A stretch of DNA of 64,000 nucleotides, taken from NCBI GenBank assembly GCA_040285855.1, contig JAUFOQ010000001.1, forward strand, positions 3,100,001 through 3,164,000. The letters run 5' to 3'. This document shows positions 26,537 to 39,061 of the stretch, piece after piece (the stretch's first letter is position 1; each line of letters opens with the position of its first letter). A program made the translations under genes and the position numbers. The DNA is from Eukaryota sp. GEM-RC1 (lineage: Eukaryota). The notes below the pieces were generated by a model. The model had not been told where the DNA came from. It worked only from the letters and a program-made list of their open reading frames with translations, and ran no database searches.

Positions 26537-27149
26537 CATTCACGAAATTTGATAGGTCCTTTTTTAATACGATTTACTATTAAAACAGTACTTTGGAATA
26601 GAAATTAAAAATACACTATTCAATTTGGTTCATTTGCCTTTCTATTTCTCTCTATTAATTGAGAAATTATACAAGTTTGGTGTGAAGGTTAATGTTGAAA
26701 AACTTAATCTTCTATGGTGATGAAGTCGTTTGGATTTAATCTTAGTATTATTTGTTTGTTTTTACAATTTTATAGTTCTGTAGGAAGGTTACCTTATTGG
26801 GTACCGAATAAAATTTTCTCCTTTGCCCCTAAAGAAGTTTCTCACACTGTTGTCTAGGTGGATATATTCAAATTTAATTTTTACTTTAGAATTGATATCC
26901 CCCAAAATTCCAATATAAAATATGATATCGTTCAAAATCTATCCAATAGAAATCGAAACATGTATCTTAAGTACTGTTGGTATGTATTTTTCTAATTGAA
27001 TTTTTATTTATGTACATATTCAGTAGGATTGTAATTTTAAGTGAAGTAAATCTAATAAATACAATTGAATGCATTTAAAACGTACTCTATTACAATCACG
27101 TGTACATTGTATTAGTGCCTGTTCTCTGTACAAATTCATTTGTCTTGTC

Positions 27150-28100
27150 TCAATGTCTTCCTCAAACCCTATCCACATTGACGATGACTCCAGTAAAGTT
27201 CGTTCTCTTGTTAATACACATGTTGTCGACAAAAATGACAGCTCTAAAAAGTGTAAAACAGTCAACGTGAAATTCTAGTAAGTTGTCCAATAGTACAATC
27301 AAACGACTTTTAGATAAACACCTTCCCAACTGGGACTCTATTAATCCGACCCCTGTAAACAGTCTTCTTGGAACTTCTACTCTACAATCCGTATTGTAGA
27401 ATACAATTCAGCTTTATAAATCTCTTTCCTTGTACAAGTGGCGTAAGCCAACAATAATTATTATGGCACATGGATAACCCTGATCGCTCTCACCCTAGAA
27501 ACTTGTATTCTGGACCTGCTCTGTTGGAAAACGTTCGTACCGGGATTATTTGTAGTTTTGTACAGGAATACTCCGCACATGTGAAGAAGTATAACCAAGG
27601 CTAAGGAGCCGGTCTCAGTCAGAGATTGAGTCCAATCAAAAAAAGCTGCTTGATAGTTTGGCAGTTAACAATCCTCAGAAGAAGAAGTCCGAAGCTGAAC
27701 TACGAAAGTACCTGCGAGGCCTGGATGATTTTCCCAGTGTATGTAGCCTTTAATTCCATCAGAATGGCTCCTGACGAGAAGGAACCCCCCATGTACGTGT
27801 TTTTAAGTACCTAAAGCGTTTCGTGACAGTGGTGGATCGTAAGAGCTACCTGAAGGAGCTTTGTTGAACAAATTTGTGGTGAGAGTCTCACCTAAAGGAC
27901 TCTCCTAGTCTTTGGCACCGAGATAGAATTTTGTTTTATAAATTAAATCACTTTCCTTGTACAAGTGGAGTAAGCTAACATTATCTCTTATGCTTATCAC
28001 TTAACGTATCCTTTAGGATCGTTGACAAACCAATCTTCAAAAAATTTCTCAAAGCGCTAAATGCCAATTTATCTCTCAAGAACAGAGTTACTCCAGCAGA
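27150..28100 (+). mobile_element. hAT transposase 5' remnant (BED-finger-like and Hermes-DBD-like parts) split by a nested insert
   Basis: KKCK..LSNSTIKRLLDKHLP at ~27250-27330 and IVDKPIFKKFLKALNANLSLKNRVT at ~28018-28092. Confidence 0.5.
27410..27985 (+). mobile_element. LTR-retrotransposon-like fragment with a duplicated LTR-end/PBS-like motif
   Basis: aaatctctttccttgtacaagtggcgtaagccaaca (~27418) recurs as aaatcactttccttgtacaagtggagtaagctaaca (~27945). The ...CA end followed by TGG fits an LTR/PBS junction. A partial match lies at ~43341. Confidence 0.4.
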
Positions 28101-29121
28101 ATTCTGCCATTCTTCGTTTGTTGATTTTGCTCTCAAAATTACAGAATGGCTGGCTGGGTGGCTGTGGTTAAAGAGAATTGGTCATATATAAGTAATCAAA
28201 AAGACTGTAGAAGATTTACTAAATCTAGATGAAATACATTTTTTGAAGAAATGTCTAATAAGAGATGGTTTTCTCATATAAATGGGAATAAATTGACATA
28301 AATTAATTCAGGACAAATTACCTACAATTGTTTGTATTACTATTACAATGACTAATGTCTGATTAGCTATCAATTGACGTGAAGAAGAACGATAGCCAGC
28401 TACTGTTAGTTAAAAAATACAAATATAAAGTGAAAATGACAAATTATGTATAACCGTATTTTGTACGTGTCGTTTTTAAATCTTCTGCTTGGAATTAAAT
28501 AATGTGCATACAGACTCGACAACAAAATTAGACTGTGGAAATCACAACAGATCACATGACGTGATGTGAGCTAATCTTCCTGATCACTGCACCATTCTGA
28601 AGTTAACAGTAGAATCTGAATGATGAAAGGTACTTTCATCATCGACTTGAAAACTAAAACAAAGCAAAAATAGAAGGGCAATAAATTCTAACTCAAAAGT
28701 AATACAGTTTTAACATCAAAGAACAAAAACACCAATCAGAAATGATGTGAGTCATTGAGCTCAGTGTTTTTGTATCATAAAGGATCAGAAGCACTCAGCA
28801 AGTAGCTGTTCAATGACAATAAATGTCAAAACTGGTGACCAATATCAAGCAACAACGTCAAGAAACATATACTACGGAGAAATAAGTTCAAGTATTCCAT
28901 CTTAGAATCACTCTTGCAGAAGCTGATTCTTCTTACTTAATTGCAACAACATGTTTGGGTATCACCAACCAATAAGAGTGGAGAGATGCATGAGATTTTA
29001 TGCAAGGAAAAGTGAGAGGGCGGTGGGAATCTACTTCTTGTATCTACATGAACATGTGATAGAAGTAGAACTAGAAGCAATACAAAAGGATTTCTCCTTT
29101 GAAGATGAATGTATTCTCTTA

Positions 29122-30217
29122 ATGCCTACCCTCAATGTTTCAGCTCCTGCTAAAGTGATACTTGCTGGAGAACATGCTGCTGTATATGGTCTTAATGCCA
29201 TTGCTGCTGCAACTTCCATGAGAACAACAGTGACCTTGTTTCCAATATCATCAAACCTCCCACATCGACTAAAGATCTCCTTCGATCAATACTCTAGTGA
29301 AATAGACACTGAAAAGCTTATTCCCTGTATTCCTTCTAAACTTTCCTTAGCAGATTCTAGTATACAGCAGAGCATTCTACGTCTAGCTCCCGTTGTTCCT
29401 CACGATCTCTCTGATGTCCGTCCGATCGTTGTTACTCTACTCCTACTTACTCACATTTCACTCTCTACTTCCAACATCTCCCCAACTGATCTCTCTCTTG
29501 ACATCACCATCTCTTCAGATATTCCTCAATCAATTGGACTGGGTTCTTCATCTGCTCTGTGTACCTCATTAGCAGCATCTTTTCTATGTTGGTTTGGTAA
29601 GATTGGTGTCTTCCCTGAAGATAAAGACATTGAGGCTGTGTGTAAGTGGTCTAGGCTAGGAGAAATTGTATTTCACGGTACTCCTTCCGGAATTGACACG
29701 TCAACATCTGCTCTAGGTGGCTTTGTTTTAATAGAAAAACATCAGCCACGTTGCATCACGTTTCCCCCCTCTATCAGTTTTGATTGTTGATTCTACGAGA
29801 CAACGACCCCAGGGTGGCACAGCTGCTGCAGTCTCACTTGTAGAACGTAACATTCGTGAGGACAAGAAGAAGTTGTTGGCACTGGAAAGAATTAATGTAG
29901 TTGTTGGTAAACTAATTGCTTCGTCTCCCCATGGGCTTTCTCTTCCAGAACTGGCTGAGCTCTTCAATGACAATCACTTGTTATTAACTGAAATTGGTGT
30001 TGGATTTGAAGAAGCAGAAGATATTCGTAGTATATGTAGTCAGTTTGGATATTCAGCAAAGATTACGGGGGCTGGGCTAGGTGGTTGTTTACTAGCAATA
30101 CCAACTTCTTTAACATTGGAGTCTGATAGTGTTAGTACAGCTTTGAAGGATAGGGGTTATAAAGTGTATAAAAGTACTTTAGGAGGAGCGGGATTAGATA
30201 TTAATCTTATTTCTTGA
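29122..30217 (+). CDS. MVK: Mevalonate kinase (GHMP family); +1 frameshift at ~29778
   Basis: SAPAKVILAGEHAAVYG, PQSIGLGSSSA, E.VFHGTPSGID and AKITGAGLGGC motifs. Removing one T from AGTTTTGATT joins the ORFs (PPSISLIVDS). ATG 29122 fits the homologue start better than 28951. Confidence 0.9.
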
Positions 30218-31783
30218 TAAAGTTGTGAGTTTTTGATGTTGATTTAGATTTATTCGTCATGTTTTTTATTCTTTCAGATTTCTGATTTGATCGCCTACAT
30301 GTAATGTTTTCCAAATTTAATGATGCAACGAAAGAGTTTTTGTACAGTTTACATTTAAACAAATCACTTGTTGATTGAACTTGGATTAAAGGATAACACT
30401 GAGATTGCCACTACAGACATAGAATAACGAGGAAACAATGTTGGTAGGTAAATACAATGGTATAACACTTTTAAAGAACTTATGTTAACGGCTTAAATTC
30501 AAAAGGTTTCAACCACCTAGAAGCAGATGAAAAACGTAAAATTGCTTTGGATTCCAAAGATGTTGCTAAACTCAATCAAAATTTGTATTTTTTTCATTTG
30601 CTATTTCTATTTTTGGTAGTATTGGTGAAATTGCTTCTTAATGTATTCTTCTTAGACATGTTACAATCACTAAAACTGTTTCACATGTAATGCATGTAGT
30701 TATTAGGTCCTACAACAAAAGAAGTTCTAAAATCATATTAATCATATCAATGGAACTCTGTCCATCTAATTGAACTGGATCTTCGGTAACATTTTACCTG
30801 TCAAGATACATTGTTGGAGCAAACTTCAAAAGGACTCTCTGTACAGCTTATTAGAAGAGTTTAGTGTATGTGTTTATGATCAACTGAAGTTAAATTTACA
30901 TGTATTTTTTCCTAGAAAGTATTGTCCATATACTGTAATAAAGTAAAGAGCTAGGAATGTTGATTGGTTCATTGCAACTCAGTCCGTGAAACAGTACAAT
31001 TCACCCTTTTGACGCGGTAAAAACTGGACAAATTAACACTCCTAACAACAACTAAAGCTTGACATTATCAAAACAAACCCCATTAATATCAAATAAATTA
31101 TAGACTATTCTACACCAGATAAATACTACTAAAACTTAATAAGATGGATCACAATACATTAGGTTCATTTTACGATGTAAACTCATGAAACAAATTCTAA
31201 AAAATGAAAATGATATTCAATTACGACAATTAAGAAAACATGAATCAGTGTAGATGATTGGTTTTTCAAACACATTTTAGCTGCAGAAACCATTTCAACA
31301 CTTAAAATGCTGTCCACAAATCATGCAAAGAGAACGAGTTTAAAAAGATTTAAAAAAGTGGAACTTCACTTTAGTCTTGGTATGTACAAAAATTAGTTAT
31401 TTAGTTATTGGTTTCTACACTTAAATTGATGAGTCAGCACACATATCAAGATTGGTTACATGGAAATTTGATGTTTTCAAAATACTGGTATAATCGATGG
31501 AATTAACAACAGTACAAAAGTCTTGTAACAAAACAAAGAAAAATATTCTTGTTTTTTGTATTTTACTAGGTTTGATCTAGAGTATAAGTGCAATGTGAGC
31601 ATCAGACCAATGTTGAATACATTTGATTGTTTATTAAGAGGATGAAATGGTGACCAAATTTCCAAATTTTGTACAATAAGAAGACAACGTTCTAATACTG
31701 TATCATTAAAAGCGCAAATATGCTATTGATAAATTATTTCATGTGGATTTTTCCCACTTAGAATGACGAATTTGTTCACAAAT

Positions 31784-33824
31784 TTAACATCCAAAATTGA
31801 AATTATCCAAATATTCGTGCTCACTGAAATTCCATCTTTGAACAGTCACCCACCCATTCCACCATCCGGTATATTCAGCATAGCTAACTCGAACAGTGTG
31901 ACCCCCACTATGTGATACATACCAACGCCATCTGTCCTTACCGCTATTTACAGTCCGCTCGTATCGCCGACATGTAACAGAATTAATTGTGACTGAGCTA
32001 CTAGTGATGGACGCAGAAGGATGAGGATACATGTAGAAACTAAGATTGTTGAAATGAGATTGGCAATTAGGAGTAGTAAATGCCGTAGATTGACAGTTAA
32101 GCCACATAGTACCACCACGGCAGCTTGGAGAGCCACCAGTATTGAAAGTTTGCAGTGATGAAGAATCCTTCCAATGAGGTGTTCTGACTCCAAGAACTAC
32201 TTCTTTGCCTCCGTATTGGAAAGACAATGCAGCAACCTTTTCTAGTTTCGCATCAAAGGAAATGGTTTCAATTAGAGAAAAGTGGTGACACCCATTCAAC
32301 ATGACGAGGGGCAATCACTCTTGCCCTACAACCTGATATAAGCTGTGATGGTGATGCATTGTACTGGACCTTGCCGTTACCATCAAGATCTTGTAGAAAA
32401 GTAGCTGTACCTGTGCACTGGAGGCGAACTTCACCATCAGTAACATCAATTCCTGAACTCGTAGCATGAATGTTGATATATACGGTGAAAGAGACCGAGA
32501 GAGAAACCGTTCGATCAGCAGTCAAAGTAAATTCTTGACGAGACGAGCTCCAATATCGACTAGAACCAATTCGAACACTTCCTGCAGGGACATTTGAGAA
32601 AGTGAAGGCACCACTTGAGGAGGGAGTTTGTGCGTAGCTATAACTATTCCTGTCAATCAAATAAACGTCAAGTAGGTTAGAAAGAGCACCATTGACTGTT
32701 ATATCGCCCGTGATTGTGAAGAATTTGTACACCCTGATCTCTATGTCTGTCACCTCATCAAGATACTTTTCAATTGTGGTTGGATCAAACTCGTCACTAG
32801 ATGAAGACACTTCGAATTGGATTTTGGAACCACATACTAAAACTTCAGTAGAGAACTTGCCATCTGAGCCAGTAGATAAAGTAGTTGGTTCTAGCGCCTC
32901 AGAAGGACGTATTACAACAGTGGCAACTACTGGTGATCCTTCATAAATGACTGTTCCAGAGACTGGAGTAGGAGAAGCCGTTGACTTCACAGTGATACTT
33001 AGATTTTCAGCATCAGAAATAGCAACTGTTTTTGACCCTTGCAAACACAACTCAGTGTTTTCAAAGTGAAAAGCAATGTAGTCTTGATCAAGTCCTCGAA
33101 AAGTGAAGGAGAAACGTCCCTCGGTATCTGTTGAACCATGACTCTTGTCGTCATTGGTTCGGTCTAGTTCGTAGTCAAAATCAGTTTCGACAGAGTTACC
33201 ATTGAACCGAGTCTGACCACTGACAGGGTACGAGTTGTACTCAATGACAAAGGTGATTGGTTCACGCCCCCAGAAATGGTCTTCCAAGTAAAAGGATTCC
33301 GTTCTTGAAGAGAACAAGTTATCTGGGCTTGATAGCTCAAAGTAAACTGTGGCTTCGTAGAACAAGTCGGCACAGTCATCTGACCACGTAAAGGAGAGGA
33401 CAGCTTCAAATGTACCATCGCCTTCAGTGGAAATAGATTTGGAGGACGTTTCACCCCCATCACCACAAATCGGCCAGATAATGTTGACATCAGCAACGAG
33501 AGGATGGCCAGATTCAGATATTAAGTTACCTTCTATGCGTTCTTCTCCCTTTTCTGAAGGTTTGGGATCGGGATTGGGGTGAGGGTCGTCACCTCCACCT
33601 GAAGAAGAGACCGAGTTCAACAGAACTACTGCGACTAGTATCAACAACAGGGAGACGCTTAAGGCGAGGAACAACTTGTTCCGTGAGATGGGAGACTTGG
33701 GGTACTCGGGAGAGCTCGTGACGTACATAGCCTGTGGTGAGATATTGATGAGATTCAATCATACTGGAGCAACGGCTAGTACAGTTTCATTGTAGGCAGG
33801 ATCAAAAGAATGTGAAGGGTTCAT
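31784..33824 (-). CDS. Type II membrane/surface protein with five prealbumin-like (carboxypeptidase-regulatory/Cna-B-like) repeats and a Trp/Cys-rich C-terminal domain; one 33-nt intron and a +1 frameshift at ~32280
   Basis: TM segment LFLALSVSLLLILVAVVLL, a Pro-rich stalk, then ~80-aa repeats starting IEGNL/VSGQT/VSGTV/ITGDI/INIHA with T.xxG.F motifs. ATG 33824 is in frame once the intron is removed. Confidence 0.7.
33732..33764 (-). other. 33-nt spliceosomal intron
   Basis: GTATGATTGAATCTCATCAATATCTCACCACAG: a GT..AG, phase-0 intron that contains the only in-frame stop between ATG 33824 and the long ORF. Confidence 0.7.
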
Positions 33825-36162
33825 TTCAAAATCAGATCGGAAAAGTAAAAATTTACTTGAAAAGCTGCTTCCCAGAGGGTATGATGTGGAATTTTTGGTC
33901 ATTTGTTGCACAACTTTCTGTCAATCCTTCCCCCTACTTCAAACATGTTGACCAAGTCATGCTTGAACAGCTAGTTCAGAAATCGCGAATAGCGTAAGTC
34001 TTGACTCTGTATTTTCCTTCTTCAGACTCAAATTCTGCAGTGTTCGAGCTCTTGAAATACAAAACAATACCTGTAAGTAATTTACGTCTATAAAGTCTCA
34101 AAGTGAGGGACTTTCGTGGCCCATAAATCTTGCGTCTTGAAAGAAGGTCTCTGTTGTAGTCTGGACTCTTTTGCATTGATTGTTGAGTGTATCGTTGATG
34201 ACTTGTCTACATCGATGTTCTGTTCATGACCTTTATTCTGAACATGGATGGAAATAGCTGTTGCATTGTATGTGTTGACATCAACATTACTGTTATACGC
34301 TGTCTATTGTATGAGTTTTCGTACTTGTTGGTTCGGATTTGTTCGCGTTCTTGACAATACATCACGCCGTACACGAATTTACTTTCTATTTGAACAACAA
34401 TCTTTGGTACATGATGTCCCAAATTTAAAATTGTTTCTAATAGTATTTGAAAAGTGTCAGATAATGTTGTTTTACTTCCAACATGTTCGAAAGACTTGCT
34501 AATTCAGAATCTCGAATTGGAAAGCAATGAAGTACTTTTACAGAGTTTGGATTTCGATACAGAATAGACAAATAACTCTCCGTAAAAGAAGATCTGCACT
34601 GAACAAATCATTATCTTTTAACGATAAGATGCTGAACACATCGATGACCATACAATGGACAATTCCTGTAGTTAGAAGACCTGGTGATCAAATAACTGTA
34701 CTGTGACTGTTCGAATAATTGGCTGGAGAAAAGCGAAGACTAGGAGGTAGTGAAGCTGATAATAGGCAGGTGGAGCTAAAATAATGTCTCAACATGTAGT
34801 TGTACGTTTTGCTGACTAAGGAACAAAAGCACATAGAAGATCTAGATGCTCAAACTGCCACGAAGAATGACATAATGCGCCACAATGTTTGGAAACCACG
34901 TGTCATGTGTGGAAAAGTACATCACTAATTATAATCTAGATTCGTTGATTAGATAGAAATCCATGTTTGGTGAAAAAGGTATCACTTTGAACAAGAGCTT
35001 TATTGTATGAAAATTGATCTAAATGAAAAGATACACGTTAAGTCTACATTTAAGGTACTGTACATGATAAGTCAAAACCAATTCTTTCTTAAATATTCTT
35101 GTATTATTTTTACATACTCAATTCATGAATAAAACTTGGACTTATTGTGTTGGTGTTCAATCATTTGTAAATAATGAAATATAATAATAAATTGTTTTGA
35201 AATGTGATCAGCACCCAAAAGGTATCATAACCGCAAAACAATGAACTTGTAAAAACAAACAAAAATTCGAAGTCTACATCCAAACAACCTGACAAATGTA
35301 CTGTAAAATTTACGTTAGTGTATACTAACCACTAAACTTTCTGTTGTTTACTCAATTAATTAATTGACTCAATTTCTCAACTGCAATGTCGAACGATGAC
35401 TCATGTATTAAAAAGCTCTTTTTTCAGCAATGTTGCAGTCTTTGGAAAGTAGAAGTACTGTACTACGACTTATTACAGATTTGATTTGAACATATCAAAT
35501 GTCTGAAATGGCTCGATTTTGGTTTCTTGAGATTCCTCCGCTTCGCATGTGCCATTGACACAAAGAAAAGGTTGTGTTCAGCAAATGTGTTGCCATTTAT
35601 AGCAAGTAAGGGCAAAAATATGTTTGTGTATCATCCAAGATAACTACAGATAACATTGTGGTCTAATAACAGATGCTGTACTGGACAGTTGACTAAATGT
35701 GACATTTGTGGACTTCTGCAGACGTTTTAAGTCATATTAAGAAATAGAATAATGTACATTGACCATTCAATCTAAAATGATTTGATTTAGTCGATCAAGA
35801 GTTTTGCAACCGTACATTTTGGTGCGTTACAGTTGGGTTCCGCAATGAATACGGCAGTATGTGCCTAATCCACGTTGTACAAAAACATATTAAGACACAA
35901 ACCATGTTATCATTTGTCACTTACATGTATAACGATTAAATGAGTTGTTAATGTCCGTAGTTGATGAAATAATGGCATAATGTCGAAACACGAATTCTTC
36001 TGATCGGGTTTTGTCTAATTTGCTTTCAAAATCCACATCGTTGATAATCTATGCACTATAATCTATGCACTAACCATTGTGTAGAGAACACGTACAGATA
36101 TGAAAACAAAGACATCTTGAAATACAAATACTTTACAAATTAAACAACACACCACAATTAGA

Positions 36163-36657
36163 CTAAATTACTGTACAACCAGAATCAATAATTCTTCTAC
36201 AAAGACTTTGAAAGATTGGTAGTCTTTTGATGTTTGACTTGGCTTCTGACAGACTCAATACATGGTTATCAGTATGAGGATCTGGTAAGATAATTAACTT
36301 ACTCTTGGAAGAAATACAAACTGAAGGACAATTAGTGATCACGGAAGACGATGGTTCTGAATTCACTGCATGACTGAAGCGACAGCGAGAGCCATAAGGA
36401 CAATACCCCTTGTCATGAAAAGATTTACAGTTTTCAGTTTTGAATCGAGGATGGCACATCTTTGGACGAAGTTCAGACTCAGTGTGAGCAAAGTTACAAC
36501 TCTTACCAAAGTGACAATGTCCGTTTTCTAGAAGCAGACGACACATTTCGGTTTTGTACAGAGTTTGATGAGAAATTTTCTTTTCAAGACGATTCGAAAC
36601 ATTCTTCGCCTTTGATGGAGAGAAGACAGAACAAGTAGAGACTCTTCGGAATGACAT
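36163..36657 (-). CDS. Tristetraprolin-like tandem CCCH protein, copy 2
   Basis: 164 aa, six aa differences from copy 1. Fingers and RLPIF are intact. Confidence 0.92.
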   Translation of the reverse strand: MSFRRVSTCSVFSPSKAKNVSNRLEKKISHQTLYKTEMCRLLLENGHCHFGKSCNFAHTESELRPKMCHPRFKTENCKSFHDKGYCPYGSRCRFSHAVNSEPSSSVITNCPSVCISSKSKLIILPDPHTDNHVLSLSEAKSNIKRLPIFQSLCRRIIDSGCTVI

Positions 36658-37199
36658 GTAGAGATAATAAGTGTTAGGTTTGCATCACTGTTCTTAAGAA
36701 GGTAGTGACATGACCAACAAGTGAGAGACATTGACATGATCAGTGATCGATGTTTACTTCTTCTGCCTTGCGTTCTTCAAAGAACGTACTTATTACGTGT
36801 GTAGAAGCGTTGCTCTCAACTTGTGAGATCATTCGTTAAAAGAGGATTTGATTGTCTACATGAGTTGTATCGAAATATGTGACAAATTGATCTAGTGACA
36901 TGAGGTGATGCATATTCTCTGACATTATACAAGTATTGATTATTGGCACTTTATTACTTTGTTTTATGATGAATTGATCTCGTGATTTGTTGTGATGCAT
37001 TAACCCTGGCATTATACACAAACCCCTTGTAATAACCATAATTCAAATCTAAGAACAACCAATTGAAATGAAACTTCAACAAGAACCAACAGAATCAATT
37101 AATGAAAATTTATCCCCAGTAAAGACAACATCCATGACTCCACTAAAACAACAATTAAAATAAAGATATTTATAATACAATGAAGACAATTCATCAGAA

Positions 37200-37700
37200 T
37201 TAAATAGCAATTGAGGCAGCAAATGGCGAAAGAAACTGTTGAAGAGACTCAGTGGAAACGAACAAGTTCCAATCCAAAAGAGAAAGCATTTCACTTTCCA
37301 TTGCATTGAGAACATCAGTTGAATAGTGAGAGAACCCAATAATAGACCAGCTTGAATTGGTGTAGTTCTCATCTTCAAGATACTTGAAAGCAAGAATGAA
37401 AGCAACCAGATACAATCGACGAACATTGACTTCAGTGAATCGAAGATGGGGATAGGACTTTTGGAGTTTGTTGAGGTAGAAAAGTGCAAGAAAAGCACAC
37501 TCCAAAGTGCTTTGGCTTTTGGACAGCAATCGCTTGATCCAAACTGACAAGGGAACTTTGGGTTCGGAACCAAAATACTGGGGAGTACTATCGGGAATAG
37601 GGTCGAGCATTGAGTCCAGAATGGTTGATGCGATGGAGATAACAGAATAGAAGCAATCATCGGAGATAGAAGTGACATTGTCATTAACAACAAAAGGCAT
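37200..37700 (-). CDS. Pho80/cyclin-U cyclin, copy 2 (intact, 166 aa)
   Basis: Same cyclin box as the other copies. The first in-frame ATG shared by all copies (MPFVV) is at 37700. Confidence 0.9.
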   Translation of the reverse strand: MPFVVNDNVTSISDDCFYSVISIASTILDSMLDPIPDSTPQYFGSEPKVPLSVWIKRLLSKSQSTLECAFLALFYLNKLQKSYPHLRFTEVNVRRLYLVAFILAFKYLEDENYTNSSWSIIGFSHYSTDVLNAMESEMLSLLDWNLFVSTESLQQFLSPFAASIAI

Positions 37701-37810
37701 GAGCAAGACTTCAGGAAATACATCCTTGTGTTTGATGGTGTAGAACTTGTAGAGAGAGTGACATGACAAGATTGATGAGCATTTGACAAGTTGACATTTG
37801 AACTCTGATG

Positions 37811-38492
37811 CAGGGATGTTCAAAATAAAATTGCATTTTGCAATAACTGCAATAATTATGTATTGGAGTATTGCAGTACAGTATTGCACATGGTTGAATT
37901 ATTGCAGTACAATATTGCGTGTGATTCGGTATTGCAGTTATGGTAAGCAATAGTCAGACGATTTCTGGACACATTCTCTTGATTTTTCCTTGATATACTA
38001 CTAGTAGTATGGTGTATTCACAGCTAGTATTGTGATTAATTGGCTGGTGTTGTTAAGGTCAGTGTATAATCTAACGGCTAACTAAGATGATGGATTTGAA
38101 AGGACGAATTATATCAGCTGAGTCAGTAGTTGTATGACCCTGCAAGTAAAGTAACCAAATTCAGCGTTCCAAGCTGTCTCAGTAAATCGACAGTAACAGA
38201 TCCATACGTGTTTCCATCTGAAACAGAAGTTTTTTCTTCCAAAGGAAGAGTATCAGTGGGGTATTTAATTTGCAGTAATAACTGCTCATCGGAAACTAGT
38301 TTTGTAATCAATATACTTCTATTAATAAATACACTGTATGTAGAATATATTTAAAGATGAAGAGATATGTTAGAAAAATAATCTTTCGTTGAGAAAAATA
38401 TTGCAATACAGTATTGCAACTACATATAGTATTGCAGTACAGTATTGTTGGAAAAGAACAAGACACAATATATTGCAATTATTTTTGCCCTG
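37811..38492. mobile_element. Non-autonomous hAT-like element (682 bp)
   Basis: Ends CAGGG...CCCTG with imperfect TIRs. Subterminal TATTGCA(GTACAG) repeats occur at both ends. Flanks ctctgatg / ctctgagg form an 8-bp TSD with one mismatch. Confidence 0.75.
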
Positions 38493-39061
38493 CTCTGAGG
38501 TATTCTCTTTATGCTATTCAACAACTCCTATAAAACATATCTACTCAAATAAACTTCTCTAAAGCACAAACTTGACCTTCTAAATCCGTACAGAACCAGT
38601 AAAACCGTTCCATTAGAACCACATAAAAGATTTAAATCACTCAATCGTTTTAAACCTATCTTACTAACCTACCTAACTACCCATCCGGGTAGTAAAGAAA
38701 GAGGATTCTCTCAATGGTTAGATTTGGGGTATGGACTGAACGATTTCTGCTCCTACCGAGAGAATCCTCTTCACTACCAAAAATGTTTTATGTAGAACCA
38801 ATAATAGTTAAAATTTAGACTGTAAGTCGAACCGAAGAAAACTTAGAATCCAAATTTTCATGAAGTTCCAACCATTTGCATTGTCGCGACCAGCTACACA
38901 AAGATTTTTAGCTTCTTATGTTAAATTTCTCTTCAAATATAGACTACTTTAAGAAAATATAAGCGGCTTTATGTATAGAAAAACACACACAAAGAAACTA
39001 AATACTGTACATTTTGTACAAATAAGAACTACTTTAAGGTGAGTTACTACGGATTAGTGGA

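Noticed and set aside
28951..29121. 57-aa N-terminal extension of MVK
   Set aside because: Homologues start a few residues before SAPxK, and ATG 29122 fits. The extension has no recognisable targeting character.
29748..29777. 28-nt GT..AG intron rescuing the MVK frame
   Set aside because: Poor 5' site (GTTGCA), and it would delete a linker expected between the GG motif and the IVD strand. A 1-nt indel is simpler.
37076..37950. Long alternative-frame ORFs overlapping the cyclins (also 44977-45648) and the 229-aa extended cyclin
   Set aside because: These are shadow frames. The extension of copy 2 runs into the inserted transposon.
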